In this document: positions 29,191-32,000 of the stretch, one piece after another
How the letters are laid out: each line of letters begins with the position of its first letter
Numbering within the stretch: position 1 is the first letter of the stretch
Source of the DNA: an uncultured archaeon
GTDB lineage: Archaea; Iainarchaeota; Iainarchaeia; Iainarchaeales; JAAZKV01
Assembly (NCBI GenBank): GCA_964551375.1
Contig: CAZKBG010000001.1
Span: 510,001 to 542,000 of the forward strand
Length of the DNA: 32,000 bases
Direction of reading: 5' to 3'
The notes under the pieces: generated by a model
Databases searched by the model: none
What the model saw: only the letters and a program-made list of their open reading frames with translations
What the model was told of the DNA's origin: nothing
Translations under genes and position numbers: made by a program

Positions 29191-30504
29191 ATGCAAAACA
29201 AAGGACAGGGAGCAATAGAATATCTGCTTATAATCGGCTCGGCAATACTTGTCGTGGCAATTGTAATAATTGCAATAACAGGAGCGCTTGGCACAGGGCA
29301 AACTCAAGTAAAAGACTCAAACCCGGGAAAAACAAACAACCCATTAGTTAAGTTAAAAGACGACATGCAGGGGCTGGAAAGAATTGAATTTACTTTTCCT
29401 CCAGGAACTACTGAAGTAACTCTACCTCTTGCAGGAATTGAATACCCAACGCTTAGCGATATTTTTTCCAATGCCCCGGGAGGAACGCAAGTGCTTCTTG
29501 TAAGAACCGGAATTAATTATATAAAGAATCCAGACGACACATGGTTTCCAGACGCAAGCCAAGTACAAGTCACAAACGCTGAAAACTTTAGAGTGACAAC
29601 CCCGCAGGAATTTTTAATTTCAGTGGCAGGAATAGGATACACTACAGACTGCCAAAGCAACATTAACTTTTTAGGAACAATAAATTCAAGACCGACCTGT
29701 TGTGATTATTACCCTTTAATTGCAGGATGCCTTGACCAAAATCTTACAAGCTTTTGGAAGCTTGATGAAACAAGCGGTAAAATATTTTCAGATTTTAAAA
29801 GCACAGCAGACGGACAATGCTTTGACATAAACTGCCCGTCCCCCACAACCGGACTTTTTGGAACAGGAGGACAATTATTTACTCCAAACAGACAAAATAA
29901 CCAATACATCCAAATACTAAACCCGACAAGATGGAATGACTCAAAAGTAACATATGTAATATGGTTCTACCCAATTGATCAAAACACAAACACAATAGTA
30001 AGCTTTCTTTACGATTTAGGCGGAGGAGCAAATAGCCCTGATAACTACATGCACGGACGCGGAGGAATATACATTGTGCCCGCAGGAAACGTTGAAGGAT
30101 ATGTAATGAATTACTCGCCGGGAAATGCAAACCCCGCCCTAAGCTGCTATGAAAACGGATTTGGAGTAAAGACAACAAATAGAATTAATCTCAACCAATG
30201 GAATATGCTTGCCTTCCAAGCGGATTACACAGGAGTAACAAAAGGGAAATTATACCTAAACGGAGTATTGAGCATTTCAGGAACCAGCCAAAAACAACTG
30301 CAGTGCAATAATGAAACAAACATAATGTGGATTGGCAGAAGAAAAACAGGCGGAGACGGAAAACTATACCTTGACGGAGAGCATCGATTAGTAAATGATT
30401 TCAATGGAATAATAGATGAGGTAGCAGTATGGAAACGCCACTTAACAGATGCGGAAATAATTGCTCTTTGGAATAACGGCAGCGGAAGAAGGGTTCCTGG
30501 CTAA
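29191..30504 (+). CDS. secreted/surface protein with archaeal class III (type IV pilin-like) signal peptide and C-terminal LamG/concanavalin-A-like lectin domain
   Basis: MQNKGQGAIEYLLIIGSAILVVAIVIIAI is a class III signal peptide (KG/QGxxEYLL plus a hydrophobic helix). The C-terminal half has LamG_3 hallmarks: FWKLDETSG, LYLNGVL, IMWIGRR and IDEVAVWKRHLTDAEIIALWNNG. Several Cys residues and N-x-S/T sequons are present. Confidence 0.75.
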   Translation: MQNKGQGAIEYLLIIGSAILVVAIVIIAITGALGTGQTQVKDSNPGKTNNPLVKLKDDMQGLERIEFTFPPGTTEVTLPLAGIEYPTLSDIFSNAPGGTQVLLVRTGINYIKNPDDTWFPDASQVQVTNAENFRVTTPQEFLISVAGIGYTTDCQSNINFLGTINSRPTCCDYYPLIAGCLDQNLTSFWKLDETSGKIFSDFKSTADGQCFDINCPSPTTGLFGTGGQLFTPNRQNNQYIQILNPTRWNDSKVTYVIWFYPIDQNTNTIVSFLYDLGGGANSPDNYMHGRGGIYIVPAGNVEGYVMNYSPGNANPALSCYENGFGVKTTNRINLNQWNMLAFQADYTGVTKGKLYLNGVLSISGTSQKQLQCNNETNIMWIGRRKTGGDGKLYLDGEHRLVNDFNGIIDEVAVWKRHLTDAEIIALWNNGSGRRVPG

Positions 30505-30557
30505 AAACCAAAAACATTACTCTAAAAATCCAAAAGCAACCCTAAAAAAGCCTCTGA

Positions 30558-31376
30558 ATGACAATATATCTAATGGATGTAAGCACACTAACGGATAAAG
30601 ACACATTAATCGACAGAATGAAAAGAGAAAAGCGATTAATCAAAGACGAGCACACAAGAAGCGTGTTCAATAAAGTTTTTGACAATGCAACAATTGCAGC
30701 TGTGCATGAACTTGCAAGAAAAAAATACTTTGAAGAGCTTGAATTTGTAATATCCACAGGAAAAGAAGGAAACGTATTTAGATGCGTATCGGGAGACAAC
30801 TACTACGCGCTGAAAATATACAAAGTTGATACTTCTGACTTTAAGCACATGACCGAATACATCATCGGAGACGAGAGATTTAAAGATGTGAGAAAAGACA
30901 AGCTTGAAATTGTAAAACTTTGGACAAAAAAAGAATTTAGAAACCTTGAAGACTTTACAAAAGCAAAAATAAGAGTGCCTCTTCCAATAGGAACAAGCAG
31001 AAACTGCCTGTTAATGGAATTAATCGGAAAAAACGGGGAAGCCGCTCCAAGAGCAAAAGAAAAACCATTTATTGACATGCAGGCGGCTTATGAAAAAATG
31101 TGCGAATACATGGCAAAAATGATAAATGCCAAGTTAGTGCACTCGGATTTAAGCGAATACAATATTTTGAACAACGATGAAGAACTTGTAATAATTGATG
31201 TAGGACAGGCAGTAACAACCATGCACCCGATGGCAAAAACATTCTTTGAAAGAGATGTACAAAATATTTCAAAATGGTTCGCAAAAAACGGAGTGGCAAC
31301 TGACTATGACATAATGTACCTTGCAATAAAAGAAAAAAGCGCGAAATTAAAAGACAAAAAATCAGCTAAAAAGTAA
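30558..31376 (+). CDS. rio1: RIO-type serine protein kinase (Rio1-like)
   Basis: STGKEGNVFRC (P-loop-like), YALKIYK (catalytic Lys), LVHSDLSEYNIL (catalytic loop) and IIDVGQAV (metal-binding loop). Confidence 0.9.
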   Translation: MTIYLMDVSTLTDKDTLIDRMKREKRLIKDEHTRSVFNKVFDNATIAAVHELARKKYFEELEFVISTGKEGNVFRCVSGDNYYALKIYKVDTSDFKHMTEYIIGDERFKDVRKDKLEIVKLWTKKEFRNLEDFTKAKIRVPLPIGTSRNCLLMELIGKNGEAAPRAKEKPFIDMQAAYEKMCEYMAKMINAKLVHSDLSEYNILNNDEELVIIDVGQAVTTMHPMAKTFFERDVQNISKWFAKNGVATDYDIMYLAIKEKSAKLKDKKSAKK

Positions 31377-31484
31377 AATTTAAGGCCAAAGCATTAATTT
31401 AAAACCTTTCAAAATCATAAATTTATTATTAGAGAGACAAAGTTAAATTAGAAAAAGAACGGGCAAAATTAAATTTAATAAAAT

Positions 31485-31489
31485 GTGAT
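31485..31489 (+). promoter_or_regulatory. Shine-Dalgarno GTGAT (context AAAATGTGATAAAAATG)
   Basis: Lies 4 nt before ATG 31494 of the KH-domain gene. Confidence 0.6.
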
Positions 31490-31493
31490 AAAA

Positions 31494-32000
31494 ATGGAAG
31501 AACTAATTAGAATCCCTGAAGACAGAGTGGGCGTGCTCATAGGCCCTAAGGGAAGCGTTAAGCGAAAGATTGAATCAAAAACAAAAGTTACGCTTGACAT
31601 TGACTCCGCAGAAGGAGAAGTAACTGTTGACGGAGAAGGCGAAGGATATTTTAAAGCTCATGACATTGTAAAAGCAATCGGGCGAGGATTTTCTCCTGAG
31701 AAAGCATTCACTCTGTTGAAGGATGATTACTTACTGAAAATAATTGACATTACAGATTACACAGGAAAAAATACTTCAAACCAGAAAGCAAAAAGAGGAA
31801 GGGTTATTGGAAGGCACGGACTTGCAAGGCTTGAAATAGAAAAAAGAACACACTGCTTAATTTCAGTGCATGGAAAAACTGTTGCAATAATAGGACTTGC
31901 GGGAGAAATTGACACCGCGGTTGATGCTGTGCAAATGCTTCTTGAAGGCGCAAAGCACGAAACAGTAGAACACATCTTATTTGGCGTTAAAAAAGAAAGA
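31494..32000 (+). CDS. KH-domain RNA-binding protein (Dim2/Pno1-like), 3' end outside window
   Basis: Not in the ORF track because no stop falls in the window. The frame from ATG 31494 is open to nt 32000. Two KH-like units are present (RVGVLIGPKGSVKRKIE and RGRVIGRHGLARLEIE). The start is preceded by TGTGATAAAA. The rio1-KH gene pair is a conserved archaeal arrangement. Confidence 0.8.
   Translation, partial: MEELIRIPEDRVGVLIGPKGSVKRKIESKTKVTLDIDSAEGEVTVDGEGEGYFKAHDIVKAIGRGFSPEKAFTLLKDDYLLKIIDITDYTGKNTSNQKAKRGRVIGRHGLARLEIEKRTHCLISVHGKTVAIIGLAGEIDTAVDAVQMLLEGAKHETVEHILFGVKKER

Noticed and set aside
1-32000. A search by eye for tRNA (GTTCRAATC T-arm), rRNA, CRISPR repeats, C/D-box sRNAs (RUGAUGA...CUGA), inteins, transposases or integrases, and stop-codon reassignment.
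   Set aside because: None was found. TGATGA strings occur only inside coding regions without a partner D box. All genes end in standard TAA, TAG or TGA, and mcm is of normal length with no intein. A computational scan (tRNAscan-SE, Infernal, CRISPR finders) is still advisable.

Overview
The window is a compact, AT-rich archaeal chromosome segment, about 89% coding with my start choices. I call 44 protein genes. I found no rRNA, tRNA, CRISPR array, transposase or integrase.

Archaeal origin is supported by gene content, TTTAAA/TATA-type promoter cores about 25-40 nt upstream of starts, and Shine-Dalgarno sites of the GGAGGTGAT family, which is complementary to the archaeal 16S 3' end.

Most of the window is conserved information-processing core:
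- The minus-strand array at 3404..11892 is the exosome/proteasome/RNase P 'superoperon': rpl15e, rnp3, rnp2, psmA, SBDS, rrp4, rrp41, rrp42, rpl37ae, rpoP, pcc1, pfdB.
- Also present are mcm, aIF5A, aIF2-beta, aIF1A, Rio1 kinase, a KH/Dim2-like protein, an Sm protein, a TtuA/Ncs6-type tRNA thiolase, and presenilin-like, HIT, Nudix, AlkD-like, NYN and DHH proteins.

The small-protein style, many Lys-rich tails and a pilin-like adhesin fit a small-genome (DPANN-like) archaeon. That placement is inference only.

I see no clearly novel multi-gene system of the defence-island kind. The best candidates for something undescribed are:
1. A PATAN/DUF4388-like + Roadblock/LC7 + membrane-targeted MinD-type ATPase (+Sm) gene string at 15613..17679. 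It has a tandem-repeat promoter region and no small GTPase or MinE/ParB partner.
2. A class-III-signal-peptide (pilin-like) LamG protein inserted between aIF1A and rio1.
3. An opposite-strand orphan gene and a 53-aa basic protein gene inserted between rnp2 and psmA.
4. A THUMP-less ThiI followed by a single-TBP-repeat-like mini protein.
5. An exact 19-nt element present in two intergenic regions.

All functional calls come from motif recognition by eye. No database search was possible, and several start codons are my own re-assignments of the ORF track based on SD spacing.
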